Assembly (NCBI RefSeq): GCF_049243625.1
Contig: NZ_CP046975.1
Reading direction: 5' to 3' (one strand)
DNA from: Corynebacterium amycolatum
Lineage (GTDB): Bacteria > Actinomycetota > Actinomycetes > Mycobacteriales > Mycobacteriaceae
Length of the DNA: 32,000 nt
Shown here: positions 1 to 8,962 of the stretch, in pieces
How the letters are laid out: each line of letters opens with the position of its first letter
Numbering within the stretch: position 1 is the first letter of the stretch
Made by a program: the position numbers and the translations under genes
Notes under the pieces: model-generated
What the model was told of the DNA's origin: nothing
The model's input: only the letters and a program-made list of their open reading frames with translations
The model's database searches: none

Positions 1-1428
1 AATGGCCTGCCAGAACGACTGGATTGGGCAGCGGACTACCGCGGTTCCGCTCGTGTCGTCTATGGCCACATGGAAGCAGACTGGCTGCGCTGGGTCAATA
101 ACACCATGTGCATCGACACCGGTTGTGTCTTCGGCGGCAAGCTCTCTGCGCTGCGCTATCCCGAACTAGAGACCGTGCAGGTCGATGCAAAGCAGACCTG
201 GTGGGAGGCTCCATCGCGCAAGACCACCAACCGCCCGGAGTCCGAGCTGCGCATCACTGACGTGCTAGATGTCGATGGTATCCAGACTGGTCGGCATGGC
301 CGCATTCGCATTGATAGTGACCGCGCAGCTGCAGCGCTGGAAACTATCAGCCGTTTCACGCTCGCACCGGAGAAAATTCCGTACCTGCCACCGACCATGT
401 CACCGGCGCCGACCTCGCAGCGAGAGGGATTCCTGGAACACCCGGAGGAGGCATTCCGCTACTACGCAGCGCACACTGACCAGGTCATGTGCCAGGAAAA
501 GCACATGGGTTCCCGAGCTGTGCTGTGCCTGATCCAGCCAGGGGCGAAGACTCGTTTCGGTGCTAACTCGTACGCCTACACCCGGACGGGGCGTGCCTTC
601 TTCGATGACGCGTCCCCGGCACTTGATGCCATGACCAAGGCCGCAGAGCGCGCCGGGCTTTTCGACCAATTCGGCGACTGGGTCCTGCTCGACGGCGAAA
701 TGCTGCCCTGGAATCTTAAGGCCCAAGGGCTTATCGACGACATCTATGCACCCACCGCTGCCGCTGGTATCGGTGCTGCCAGACAGCTCGCGGCCGCTCT
801 GCAGGCGGCAACCGACAGGGGAGTAGAGGTCGGTGGTCCTGCGCCAGAGCAGATTCTGGACGAGCTCGAGAAGTTCCGTGCTGCCTACAACCGGTATGTC
901 GACAGTGACAAGAAGATTCAGTTCGCACCTTTCCAAGTGCTGGCAAGTGAGGATGCCACCTGGCACCACAAGCCCCACTCATGGCACTTGGATATCGCGA
1001 ACCAGCTAGTAGCAGCTGACAGTGAGATCTACCGGCTGACGCGCTGCTTCGTCCTTGACCCCAGTGACCCGGAACAGGTGGAGGCCGCATCGCAGTGGTG
1101 GTTGCAGCTGACAGAGTCGGGCGGGGAAGGGGCCGTCGTCAAGCCGATGGAAAACGCCGCAGTGGACCGGCAGGTACAGCCCGGCATGAAGGTGCGGGGA
1201 CGGAAGTATCTGCGCATGATTTATGGGCATGACTACCTGCACCCGCAGCGTCAAGAGCGGTTGAAGCGGCGAAATCTGCAGCACAAGCAGTCATCGGCGC
1301 TACGCGAATATGCCCTCGGCATCGAGTCGCTGGAGCGACTAGCGGCGGGCGAGCCTCTGCATCGGATCCATGTTCCTGTCTTCGGCGTGTTGGCGCTGGA
1401 GTCAGAACCGATGGATCCGAGGTTGTAG
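1..1428 (+). CDS. pnkp: Polynucleotide kinase-phosphatase (Pnkp-type), phosphoesterase end plus C-terminal ligase-like adenylyltransferase domain; 5' end outside window
   Basis: Frame 1 is open from base 1 ([23 protein letters not shown] precedes the tracked ORF). VVYGH and IDTGCVFGG mark the end of a calcineurin-type phosphoesterase domain. CQEKHMGSR (lysine motif-I-like), DGEMLPWN and GAVVKP resemble the ligase domain of Clostridium thermocellum-type Pnkp. Stop TAG 1426-1428. Confidence 0.8.
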   Translation, partial: NGLPERLDWAADYRGSARVVYGHMEADWLRWVNNTMCIDTGCVFGGKLSALRYPELETVQVDAKQTWWEAPSRKTTNRPESELRITDVLDVDGIQTGRHGRIRIDSDRAAAALETISRFTLAPEKIPYLPPTMSPAPTSQREGFLEHPEEAFRYYAAHTDQVMCQEKHMGSRAVLCLIQPGAKTRFGANSYAYTRTGRAFFDDASPALDAMTKAAERAGLFDQFGDWVLLDGEMLPWNLKAQGLIDDIYAPTAAAGIGAARQLAAALQAATDRGVEVGGPAPEQILDELEKFRAAYNRYVDSDKKIQFAPFQVLASEDATWHHKPHSWHLDIANQLVAADSEIYRLTRCFVLDPSDPEQVEAASQWWLQLTESGGEGAVVKPMENAAVDRQVQPGMKVRGRKYLRMIYGHDYLHPQRQERLKRRNLQHKQSSALREYALGIESLERLAAGEPLHRIHVPVFGVLALESEPMDPRL

Positions 1429-1432
1429 GGGG

Positions 1433-2416
1433 TTACTTCACCGGCAGCGCCGAGGCGTAGTAATCAGCCGTGGTCATCACACCGTCGTTGAAGCCGAGTA
1501 CCCAGGCCGAGCCCTTCTTGCACGGGATTTCCTCGTCGAAGGGCAGGGTGCCCTCGGCGGACCAAGCGGCCAACAGGTCAGGGATGGTGATGCCCTGAGA
1601 GCAGACCACGCTGACTCCGCCTAGCGCGACAATGTCCTCGAAGGCCTTCTTGGACTCGACCTGGTTGGCAATCCAGTGTTCGTCGCCAAGCCGTTCGTCG
1701 ACTGTGACCTGCATGCCCAGCTCTGCGGCGAGTGGCGCGACGGTGTCCTGGCAACGCACGGGCTCGGCGGAGTAGACGCGCTCGGGGCGGAAACCCTCCA
1801 GCGCAGAGACGAGCAGTTCCGCTTGACGACGTCCCTTCTTATCCAGCGGCCGCAGTGCATCATTGCCGTTCCAGTTGGTGCGGCGGTGCGCACGCCCATG
1901 GCGAACCAGAATGAGACGGGTGTCCGGTTCCTTGTTCATGCGCTTGCGGGCCTTGACCAGCACGTCGCGGTCGAGATCGTAGGACAGCAGCTCCTCGGCT
2001 TCGTCCCAGGAGACCCAGCGAAGCTCATTGACCTCGGAGTTCTGCTCGAAGTCGCCGTCGAGCACCTCAGCGGTCCAGTACCAGACCAACTTCGTGCGTC
2101 CAGCGACAGGGTAGGAGACGTTGCCGACCAGCTTGCCCAACCGGACTCGGTAGCCTGTTTCTTCCCAGATCTCGCGGACAGCGGTGGCAATCAGGTTCTC
2201 ACCGGCGTCGAGCTTTCCCTTCGGCAGCGACCAGTCGTCGTAAGAAGGACGGTGAATTACGCAGATTTCAGGGTTGTGGACATCGCCTCGCCACAGAACC
2301 GCGCCGGCCGCAAAGGTCGGCTTGGTGACATCCTGACCTGGCTTCGTCGGAATCTGGCGCAGGCGACCGGTCACGGAGGTATCGCCCTTGAGGTCCTTGT
2401 CCTCTTCGTGCATCAT
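1433..2416 (-). CDS. mutT1: Nudix hydrolase fused to histidine-phosphatase domain (MutT1-like)
   Basis: Nudix box GKLDAGENLIATAVREIWEETGY in the N-terminal half. The RHG motif LVRHGRA starts a C-terminal histidine phosphatase domain. At 327 aa it has the same architecture as mycobacterial MutT1 (Rv2985). Start ATGATG is preceded by AAAGGGA. Confidence 0.88.
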   Translation of the reverse strand: MMHEEDKDLKGDTSVTGRLRQIPTKPGQDVTKPTFAAGAVLWRGDVHNPEICVIHRPSYDDWSLPKGKLDAGENLIATAVREIWEETGYRVRLGKLVGNVSYPVAGRTKLVWYWTAEVLDGDFEQNSEVNELRWVSWDEAEELLSYDLDRDVLVKARKRMNKEPDTRLILVRHGRAHRRTNWNGNDALRPLDKKGRRQAELLVSALEGFRPERVYSAEPVRCQDTVAPLAAELGMQVTVDERLGDEHWIANQVESKKAFEDIVALGGVSVVCSQGITIPDLLAAWSAEGTLPFDEEIPCKKGSAWVLGFNDGVMTTADYYASALPVK

Positions 2417-2525
2417 CGTGAATTCCCTTTCAATCCTTTGTCGCCGACCTAGTTTAGTATCGCAGTGTGAGAACGTCTCGCTAGACTTGTTGGAGATTAG
2501 AGACTAACGGAGGAAGGTCGCGGCG

Positions 2526-3524
2526 ATGGTGCAGGTTTCAGTGATGGGCGCGGGGTCGTGGGGCACGACGCTCGCCAAGGTTTTTGCTGATGCGGGCAAT
2601 CCTGTACGGCTGTGGTCGCGACGTGCAGAGCAGGCACAGCGTATTCAGATCAGCCGCGAAAACCACGACTACCTACCTGGGCTGGGACTGCCGCGAAACA
2701 TTGAAGCCACCTCGGATGCAGAGGCCGCGCTGAAGGGCGCGGATGTGGTGGTGCTGGGCGTGCCCTCGCAGACCCTGCGTGACAATCTCAAGGTCTGGAA
2801 GGACTTCATCGGACCGGAGACGATTCTGCTCAGCCTGGCGAAGGGCGTGGAGCGTGAGACACATCTGCGCATGAGTGAGGTCATCGCTGAGGTCACAGAC
2901 CTGCCAGCAGAGCGTATTGCGGTGCTATCGGGCCCGAACCTCGCCCGCGAAGTTGCGATGGAGCAGCCAGCGGCAACGGTCATTGCTTGCGCTGATGAGA
3001 ACAACGCCAAGATGATTCAGGCGGCAGTCGCCACTAATTACTTCCGTCCCTACACCAACACCGATGTGATCGGCTGCGAAATCGGCGGTGCCTGCAAGAA
3101 CGTCATTGCGTTGGCCTGCGGTATGGCCTCTGGGCAGGGCTTGGGTGAGAACACGTTGGCAACCATCATCACCCGTGGTCTGGCGGAAATCACACGTTTG
3201 GGCGACGCGGTTGGCGCAGAGGATAAGACCTTCGCGGGTCTAGCCGGTCTCGGCGACTTGGTGGCCACCTGTTCCTCACCACTGTCGCGTAACCGCACCT
3301 TCGGTGACCGTCTCGGTCGCGGTGACACGATGGAGCAGGCGCAGCACGCTACGCGTGGTCAGGTGGCTGAGGGTGTGATTTCTTCAATCTCGGTCCGTGA
3401 CCTCGCTCGCCGCAATGGCGTGGAAATGCCAATTACTGAGGCCGTTTACGCTGTCTGCCACGAAGGCGCGAAGGTCGATGAGACAATTCGTAAGCTGATG
3501 GGGCGCAGCCGCAAGTCGGAATAA
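2526..3524 (+). CDS. gpsA: NAD(P)H-dependent glycerol-3-phosphate dehydrogenase
   Basis: N-terminal Rossmann motif [10 protein letters not shown], plus GPNLAREVA and [10 protein letters not shown]. Length 332 aa. GGAGGA lies upstream of the ATG. Confidence 0.95.
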   Translation: MVQVSVMGAGSWGTTLAKVFADAGNPVRLWSRRAEQAQRIQISRENHDYLPGLGLPRNIEATSDAEAALKGADVVVLGVPSQTLRDNLKVWKDFIGPETILLSLAKGVERETHLRMSEVIAEVTDLPAERIAVLSGPNLAREVAMEQPAATVIACADENNAKMIQAAVATNYFRPYTNTDVIGCEIGGACKNVIALACGMASGQGLGENTLATIITRGLAEITRLGDAVGAEDKTFAGLAGLGDLVATCSSPLSRNRTFGDRLGRGDTMEQAQHATRGQVAEGVISSISVRDLARRNGVEMPITEAVYAVCHEGAKVDETIRKLMGRSRKSE

Positions 3525-3559
3525 CCAATAATGCAGGGGCGGGGCTAAACTTAGTCACC

Positions 3560-4663
3560 ATGACTTCGTCGAATAGCTCGTCTGCAGATCGCATTTCCGT
3601 CGCCGTTATCTACGGCGGCGCAAGCCCTGAACACAGTGTCTCCTGTGTCTCAGCTGGCGCAATTATGGATCACCTGGATGAGAACCGCTTCCGAGTGGTT
3701 CCCATTGGTATTACCAAGGATGGTGTCTGGACCGTCGGCACGCGTGAGACGGACACGCTGCGCACGCAGGGGCGTACGATGCCGGAGGTCATCCCAGGCG
3801 AGGAAGTTGCGCTGAGCACCTCGCCGTCACGCCGCGGTGAGTTCCGCTATGTCACCGGTGATCGCGCCGGCGAGGTTTTCGACACTGTCGACGTCATCTT
3901 CCCTGTTCTCCACGGTCCGCACGGCGAGGATGGCACAATCCAGGGGCTCTTTGAGCTTTCCGGCATTGCTTACGTCGGCCCGGGCGTGCTCGCTTCCGCG
4001 GCGGGTATGGATAAGGAACGCACGAAGAATCTCCTGCAGGCAGCGGGGCTTCCTATCGGCAAGCAGGTCGTTTTGCACGTTGGCGAGTCGCTTTCCGACG
4101 AGGACAAGGAGACCCTTGGCCTGCCGGTGTTCGTCAAACCTGCCCGTGGCGGATCGTCGATTGGTATCTCCCGCGTCGATGATTGGGCGAATCTGGATGC
4201 GGCGGTAGAGCTGGCCCGAGAGCATGACTGGAAGGTCATCGTAGAGGCCGGTGTAGACGGTGCCGAGGTGGAGATTGGCGTGTTGCAGCGCGCTGACGGC
4301 AGCCTGCAGGTATCGGTTCCGTCCTTGCTGCGTGGCACGGAGGACTCCGACGAGGGCTTCTACGGTTTTGAGACCAAGTACTTGGATGACATCGTTTCGG
4401 CGCAGATTCCGGCTGAGCTGCCAGAGGATGTTTTGAAGGCGCTGGAGAAGGATGCTCGTCGGGCGTTCAGGGCACTGGGCTCTGATGGTCTGACTCGCGT
4501 GGACTTCTTTGTCACGGATAATGGCCCGATTATCAATGAGGTCAACACCATGCCGGGTTTCACCCCGATTTCGATGTACCCGCAGATGTTTGCGGCCTCA
4601 GGTGTTGCCTACGAGGAGCTGCTCAGCGCCCTGATTGAGCGGGCGCTGGTAGCTCGTCGATAA
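3560..4663 (+). CDS. ddl: D-alanine--D-alanine ligase
   Basis: Motifs GGASPEHSVS, FPVLHGPHGEDGTIQGLFEL, FVKPARGGSSIGI and EVNTMPGFT. Length 367 aa. Confidence 0.96.
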   Translation: MTSSNSSSADRISVAVIYGGASPEHSVSCVSAGAIMDHLDENRFRVVPIGITKDGVWTVGTRETDTLRTQGRTMPEVIPGEEVALSTSPSRRGEFRYVTGDRAGEVFDTVDVIFPVLHGPHGEDGTIQGLFELSGIAYVGPGVLASAAGMDKERTKNLLQAAGLPIGKQVVLHVGESLSDEDKETLGLPVFVKPARGGSSIGISRVDDWANLDAAVELAREHDWKVIVEAGVDGAEVEIGVLQRADGSLQVSVPSLLRGTEDSDEGFYGFETKYLDDIVSAQIPAELPEDVLKALEKDARRAFRALGSDGLTRVDFFVTDNGPIINEVNTMPGFTPISMYPQMFAASGVAYEELLSALIERALVARR

Positions 4664-4673
4664 AAGCTGGTTC

Positions 4674-5654
4674 TTACTTCTCTTCGCTCGGCGAGATGTT
4701 CTCCAGGTTGTCAGCGATGACCGAGGAGAGCACCGGCATCAGAGAGCTGGCCTCCGACATTGGCATTTCAACGGCGACGAAGCGTTCACGCCCCATGGCG
4801 TACCAGGTGGCGGAGGTACCGGAGGACAGCGTTGGTTCGTTGAACCAGACAATGTCACCAACCTGTGTTAGCTGCTGCGTGGTGGTGCTGTAGCCAGCCG
4901 GCTCGTCGACACCACAGCGCAGCACCACCGGATCGGCTGGGGTACCGCCCCAAATGACCATGTCCTTCGGCATGTCAGCCGGCATTTCCGCTGCGCTCAG
5001 ACGGTGACGGTTGCCGAGATCGCGGGGGAGGGCAGCTTCCAAGCCGCTACAGCGCTTATCAGCTTCCGGAGCTGCCAATTCTGCCAGCGGGACACCGCCG
5101 CGCTCCGGTTTGTTCTTGTACTCGGAATCCGGGAGCAGCGCCTCGGCGAGATCACGCAGTGCGTCGTCCGCCTTTGCATTTCCTTCGGCGGTAATCGCAA
5201 CCACTGGCTCACGGCCGACGGTGAACCAAGTCGCCAAAGATTCGTCGGTACTGTCGACAACGCGCAGCCACGAAATGCCCTTGACCTCTTCGGTCTTGGC
5301 CAGTTCGTTGTACTGGTTAGGTACGTTCGCGCCACAGCGCAGCGTGATGCGGTCTTGTTCCAAGTTTCGGTACACAGCGGCACCTTCTGGAGCCGGCTCT
5401 GCAATTTCGGCGCGAACCAGACCTGCGGCGCGTTCTGGCAGTCGGTCGAGCAGTTCCGCACACTCAGGCGAGTCATTGGCGGGGAGCTCCGGGTTGGAAA
5501 TCGCGACTGGTTTCGCCGCCTGACTATCCTGGTAAATCTTTGCGGCAAAAATGATGCCGAGGATAGAGATAATGGCGATAGCGAGTGCGATGCCCGCGCG
5601 TGTCCGGCTACCCTTGGACTGAACTGTTTCTCCCGATCGGGGTGCGTCTACCAT
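4674..5654 (-). CDS. Membrane-anchored protein with two tandem DUF3515-like domains
   Basis: One N-terminal TM helix (AGIALAIAIISILGIIFAA). Two homologous halves follow, each with C..L...LP, LRCG, a conserved W, ATW.(x)GRE..VA and a C-terminal L...L signature. Same position (between ddl and thiL) as single-domain Rv2980 in M. tuberculosis. Confidence 0.8.
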   Translation of the reverse strand: MVDAPRSGETVQSKGSRTRAGIALAIAIISILGIIFAAKIYQDSQAAKPVAISNPELPANDSPECAELLDRLPERAAGLVRAEIAEPAPEGAAVYRNLEQDRITLRCGANVPNQYNELAKTEEVKGISWLRVVDSTDESLATWFTVGREPVVAITAEGNAKADDALRDLAEALLPDSEYKNKPERGGVPLAELAAPEADKRCSGLEAALPRDLGNRHRLSAAEMPADMPKDMVIWGGTPADPVVLRCGVDEPAGYSTTTQQLTQVGDIVWFNEPTLSSGTSATWYAMGRERFVAVEMPMSEASSLMPVLSSVIADNLENISPSEEK

Positions 5655-5765
5655 GGGCCTGATTCTACGTTGTCCGGTACCAACTCCAATTGGTTGGGGG
5701 CAATGCCGAGACGGGTTCCGTTATTAACGGTTAACCATCGACTATTAGGAATGTGACTCGACACT

Positions 5766-6722
5766 GTGACTGAATTGACCATTGGCGATATTGGCGAGTT
5801 TGGGGTCATTGAGGCTATTCGGGCTATCGCCCCGTCGGCACGCAATGGCGACGATGCCGCCGTCTTGACGCAGACAACCCCCAACGCCCGCTTTGTCACC
5901 TCCACTGACATGCTGGTGGAAGGGCGCCACTTCCGCCTGGACTGGTCGACACCTCAGCAAGTTGGAGCTAAGGCCGCGGTACAGAATTTCGCCGACATCG
6001 AATCGATGGGTGCACGTCCAACGGCAATGCTTTTCGCCATCTCAGCACCGTTGCATACTCCGGTGAGCGTGGTCACCGGTATCGCCGAGGGGTTGTGGCA
6101 GGAAGGCAAGCAATGTCCCGCGGAGCTCGTCGGTGGTGACATGGTCAGCGGAGATTCTCTGGTGATTTCCATCACTGCGATGGGCGAACTCGGTGGGCTG
6201 GGGCGGCCGCTGCTGCGCTCAGCGGCACGCGCGGGGGATACGGTGATTGCGTCGGGGCGCATCGGCTACTCTGCAGCGGGCCTTGCGCTGCTGCAGCACT
6301 GCGGAAGCCCGGCAAAGGTTCCAAGTGAGTTTGCGCAGCTGGTGGCAGCACACTGTACGCCCGAATTTGAATACCGCAGGGGGGCCACGGCGCGAGCCAC
6401 AGGAGTGCGTTCACTGACGGACAATTCCGATGGACTGGTGGTGGATCTCCGCGCTATTGCGCAGGCCTCCAGGGTTACTTTGGAAGTTGACAGCAGTGCG
6501 ATTGCGCCCGATGAGTTGCAGATTGCCGCTGGCGAATACCTCGCCGTCGATCCATGGGAGTGGGTGCTCACCGGCGGGGAGGACCACACACTGATTGGTT
6601 CGACACCGGGGGAGCCTCCGACGGGATTCCGCGCTATCGGCACGGTGTCGAAGGAAAAGTTCGATTCGGTGCTTATCGACGGCAAACCCCCTGCCCGCGA
6701 TGCCGGTTGGGTTTCCTTTTAA
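5766..6722 (+). CDS. thiL: Thiamine-monophosphate kinase
   Basis: GTG start. N-terminal IGDIGEFGVI, AIR-synthase-like fold motifs (GGDMV, LTGGEDHTL). Length 318 aa. Conserved position upstream of ung. Confidence 0.9.
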   Translation: MTELTIGDIGEFGVIEAIRAIAPSARNGDDAAVLTQTTPNARFVTSTDMLVEGRHFRLDWSTPQQVGAKAAVQNFADIESMGARPTAMLFAISAPLHTPVSVVTGIAEGLWQEGKQCPAELVGGDMVSGDSLVISITAMGELGGLGRPLLRSAARAGDTVIASGRIGYSAAGLALLQHCGSPAKVPSEFAQLVAAHCTPEFEYRRGATARATGVRSLTDNSDGLVVDLRAIAQASRVTLEVDSSAIAPDELQIAAGEYLAVDPWEWVLTGGEDHTLIGSTPGEPPTGFRAIGTVSKEKFDSVLIDGKPPARDAGWVSF

Positions 6723-6759
6723 GAGTTCGACGAGGTTTTGAGAAGAAAGGCTGCATGAC

Positions 6760-7425
6760 ATGGATCCGTTGCCGGTCGAAGAAGGGTGGCAGAAAGCGCT
6801 GGAGCCAGTGGCCGATGATATCCACCGGATGGGGCAGTTCCTGCGCGAGGAAAACGCGGCCGGCTACGGCTACCTGCCCGCGGGCACCGATGTGCTGCGC
6901 GCCTTCACTTACCCATTCGATGAGGTCAAGGTGCTCATCATCGGCCAGGACCCGTATCCGACCCCGGGGCACGCGATGGGGCTCAGCTTCTCGGTCCAAC
7001 CGGATGTGAAGCCGGTACCGCGGTCGTTGGCGAATATTTTTAAGGAGTACTCCTCCGACCTGGGGCTCCCGACTCCCTCCAACGGTGACCTCACTCCGTG
7101 GAGTAGGCAGGGCGTAGCTCTGTTCAACCGTGTGCTGACCGTGCGCCCGGGTGCTGCTGCCTCGCACCGTGGTAAGGGCTGGGAGGCAATCACGGAGCAT
7201 GCCATCAAAGCATTGGTCGCTCGGGACAAGCCTCTCGTGGCAATTCTGTGGGGACGCGATGCGCAGAGTTTGCAGCGTTGGCTCCCGGGCGTGGACTGCA
7301 TCTGTTCGCCGCACCCGTCACCGCTGTCGGCATCCCGTGGGTTCTTCGGGTCGCGCCCGTTCAGCCGGGCCAATGAGTCGCTGATTCGTCAGGGAGCTAC
7401 CCCTATCGACTGGACGCTAGAATAG
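6760..7425 (+). CDS. ung: Uracil-DNA glycosylase (family 1)
   Basis: Catalytic motif [18 protein letters not shown] and the C-terminal HPSPLSA loop. Length 221 aa. Confidence 0.96.
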   Translation: MDPLPVEEGWQKALEPVADDIHRMGQFLREENAAGYGYLPAGTDVLRAFTYPFDEVKVLIIGQDPYPTPGHAMGLSFSVQPDVKPVPRSLANIFKEYSSDLGLPTPSNGDLTPWSRQGVALFNRVLTVRPGAAASHRGKGWEAITEHAIKALVARDKPLVAILWGRDAQSLQRWLPGVDCICSPHPSPLSASRGFFGSRPFSRANESLIRQGATPIDWTLE

Positions 7426-7431
7426 GAATTC

Positions 7432-8958
7432 ATGTCTTCGCAGATTGGTTCTGCCGCGATTGTCGGCTGGGTTGCCCGGGGTATTGATGCGCTTCAATCC
7501 CGCCGCGATGAGATCAACAGTCTCAATGTCTTCCCAGTACCGGATTCCGATACCGGGTCGAATATGCTCGCGACGTTGAGTTCGGCGTATGAGGAAGCGC
7601 AAAAGGCAGACGCTTCCGATGTTCGCGCAGTCACCGCGGCGCTGGCTGCCGGTGCGGTGCGTGGTGCCCGCGGTAATTCGGGCACTGTGCTCTCGCAGGT
7701 TTTTCGTGCGGTGGCTGAGGCAGCTTCCGGTAGCGGCATTGGTGTTGAGTCGGTGCAGCACTCGCTAAAGCTAGCTGTACAACATGTCTCCCAGGCGATT
7801 GCCAATCCGGTGGAGGGCACGATTCTGACAGTCCTGCGTCACGCCGCGATTGTCGCGGAGGAATTTGAGGGCGACTCAATTGAGGAGCTCGCCGACACGA
7901 TTGCAGATGCCGCTCGCGATGCGCTGGCGAAAACCCCCAGCCAGCTCCCGGCACTGCAGCAGGCGGGTGTGGTCGACGCCGGCGGCGTGGGGTTGGTTAT
8001 TCTGCTCGACGCGCTTGCCGACGAAGTCAGCGGCCGCGCAGCCGCACCGGTTGATTTACATGTCGACGCGCCGCACGTAGCCACCGTTGAGATGGAGGTC
8101 ATGTACCTGATTTCCTTGGCGGATACCCAGGCGGTGGAGACACTGCGAGAGCGGTTAAACCCGCTGGGAAACTCGCTCATCATCGCAGGTGACGCTGGTA
8201 ATGCGGAGACCGCACAGTACATGGTGCATATCCACACAGTGGAGCCGGGCGCAGTTATCGAAGCGGCACTTGACTTCGGTCGTCCGGAGGGCATCCGCAT
8301 CGAGGTGCTCGATGAACCGGAGACAACACCTGAGTCCACTCGCATCCTCATTGCGGTAGTGCCGGACGGTCCGCTGAAAGATCTCATCACTTCCTCTGGA
8401 GCGATTGCTATCAGCCCGACCCCCGCTCCGACTCCCACATCCACTCCAACAGATCGCGCAGCCATCGCCGACCAGGAGTTCGCTGAAAATGTGGTCACCA
8501 AGGCACTGACTGCCATGCGGGGTGCGGATGAGGTAATCCTGCTGCCAAATGGTCTAGTCAGCGACCAGGAATTGGCGGATATCGAATTCGCTGCTGCCGC
8601 GGCTAATCCGACACTCGCGGTAGTTTCTACAGACTCCATTCCGGCTGGCCTCGCGGCCTTGGCCGTGCATTCGGCTGAGCTGCCGCTGGAGGTTGCCGCG
8701 TACGCGATGGGCGAGGCTGCCAATGGCACGCGAACGGCTGTAATCGCTGCGGACGTCGATAAGCCTTTGACTGACGCGCTCACAGAGATCGTCTCAGACC
8801 TGTTGGCTGGCGGCGGGGAACTAGTGACTCTGCTGCTCGGGCGCGGAGCTGAGGACGTGGACATAGAGCAAGTGCGGGCGCGGCTGGACAAGCCTGTGGA
8901 GGTCGTAGCCTATGATGCAACTGGCATCGATGAGCCGGTGCAGATAGGAATCGAGTAG
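7432..8958 (+). CDS. DAK2 domain-containing protein (YloV-like)
   Basis: FPVPDSDTGSNM (Dak2 DxDTGxN motif) near the N-terminus, Pro/Thr linker PTPAPTPTSTPT, and a DegV-like C-terminal half. It lies immediately upstream of recG, as in many bacteria. Confidence 0.88.
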   Translation: MSSQIGSAAIVGWVARGIDALQSRRDEINSLNVFPVPDSDTGSNMLATLSSAYEEAQKADASDVRAVTAALAAGAVRGARGNSGTVLSQVFRAVAEAASGSGIGVESVQHSLKLAVQHVSQAIANPVEGTILTVLRHAAIVAEEFEGDSIEELADTIADAARDALAKTPSQLPALQQAGVVDAGGVGLVILLDALADEVSGRAAAPVDLHVDAPHVATVEMEVMYLISLADTQAVETLRERLNPLGNSLIIAGDAGNAETAQYMVHIHTVEPGAVIEAALDFGRPEGIRIEVLDEPETTPESTRILIAVVPDGPLKDLITSSGAIAISPTPAPTPTSTPTDRAAIADQEFAENVVTKALTAMRGADEVILLPNGLVSDQELADIEFAAAAANPTLAVVSTDSIPAGLAALAVHSAELPLEVAAYAMGEAANGTRTAVIAADVDKPLTDALTEIVSDLLAGGGELVTLLLGRGAEDVDIEQVRARLDKPVEVVAYDATGIDEPVQIGIE

Positions 8959-8962
8959 CACG

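Noticed and set aside
5004-5756. 250-aa plus-strand ORF antisense to the DUF3515 gene
   Set aside because: It runs opposite to a gene whose internal domain duplication and TM anchor make biological sense. The translation has no features.
7839-8891. 350-aa minus-strand ORF antisense to the DAK2 gene
   Set aside because: It lies entirely within a well-supported plus-strand gene. The Ala/Ser/Thr/Arg-rich low-complexity translation is typical of the antisense frame of high-GC genes. No RBS and no recognisable motif.
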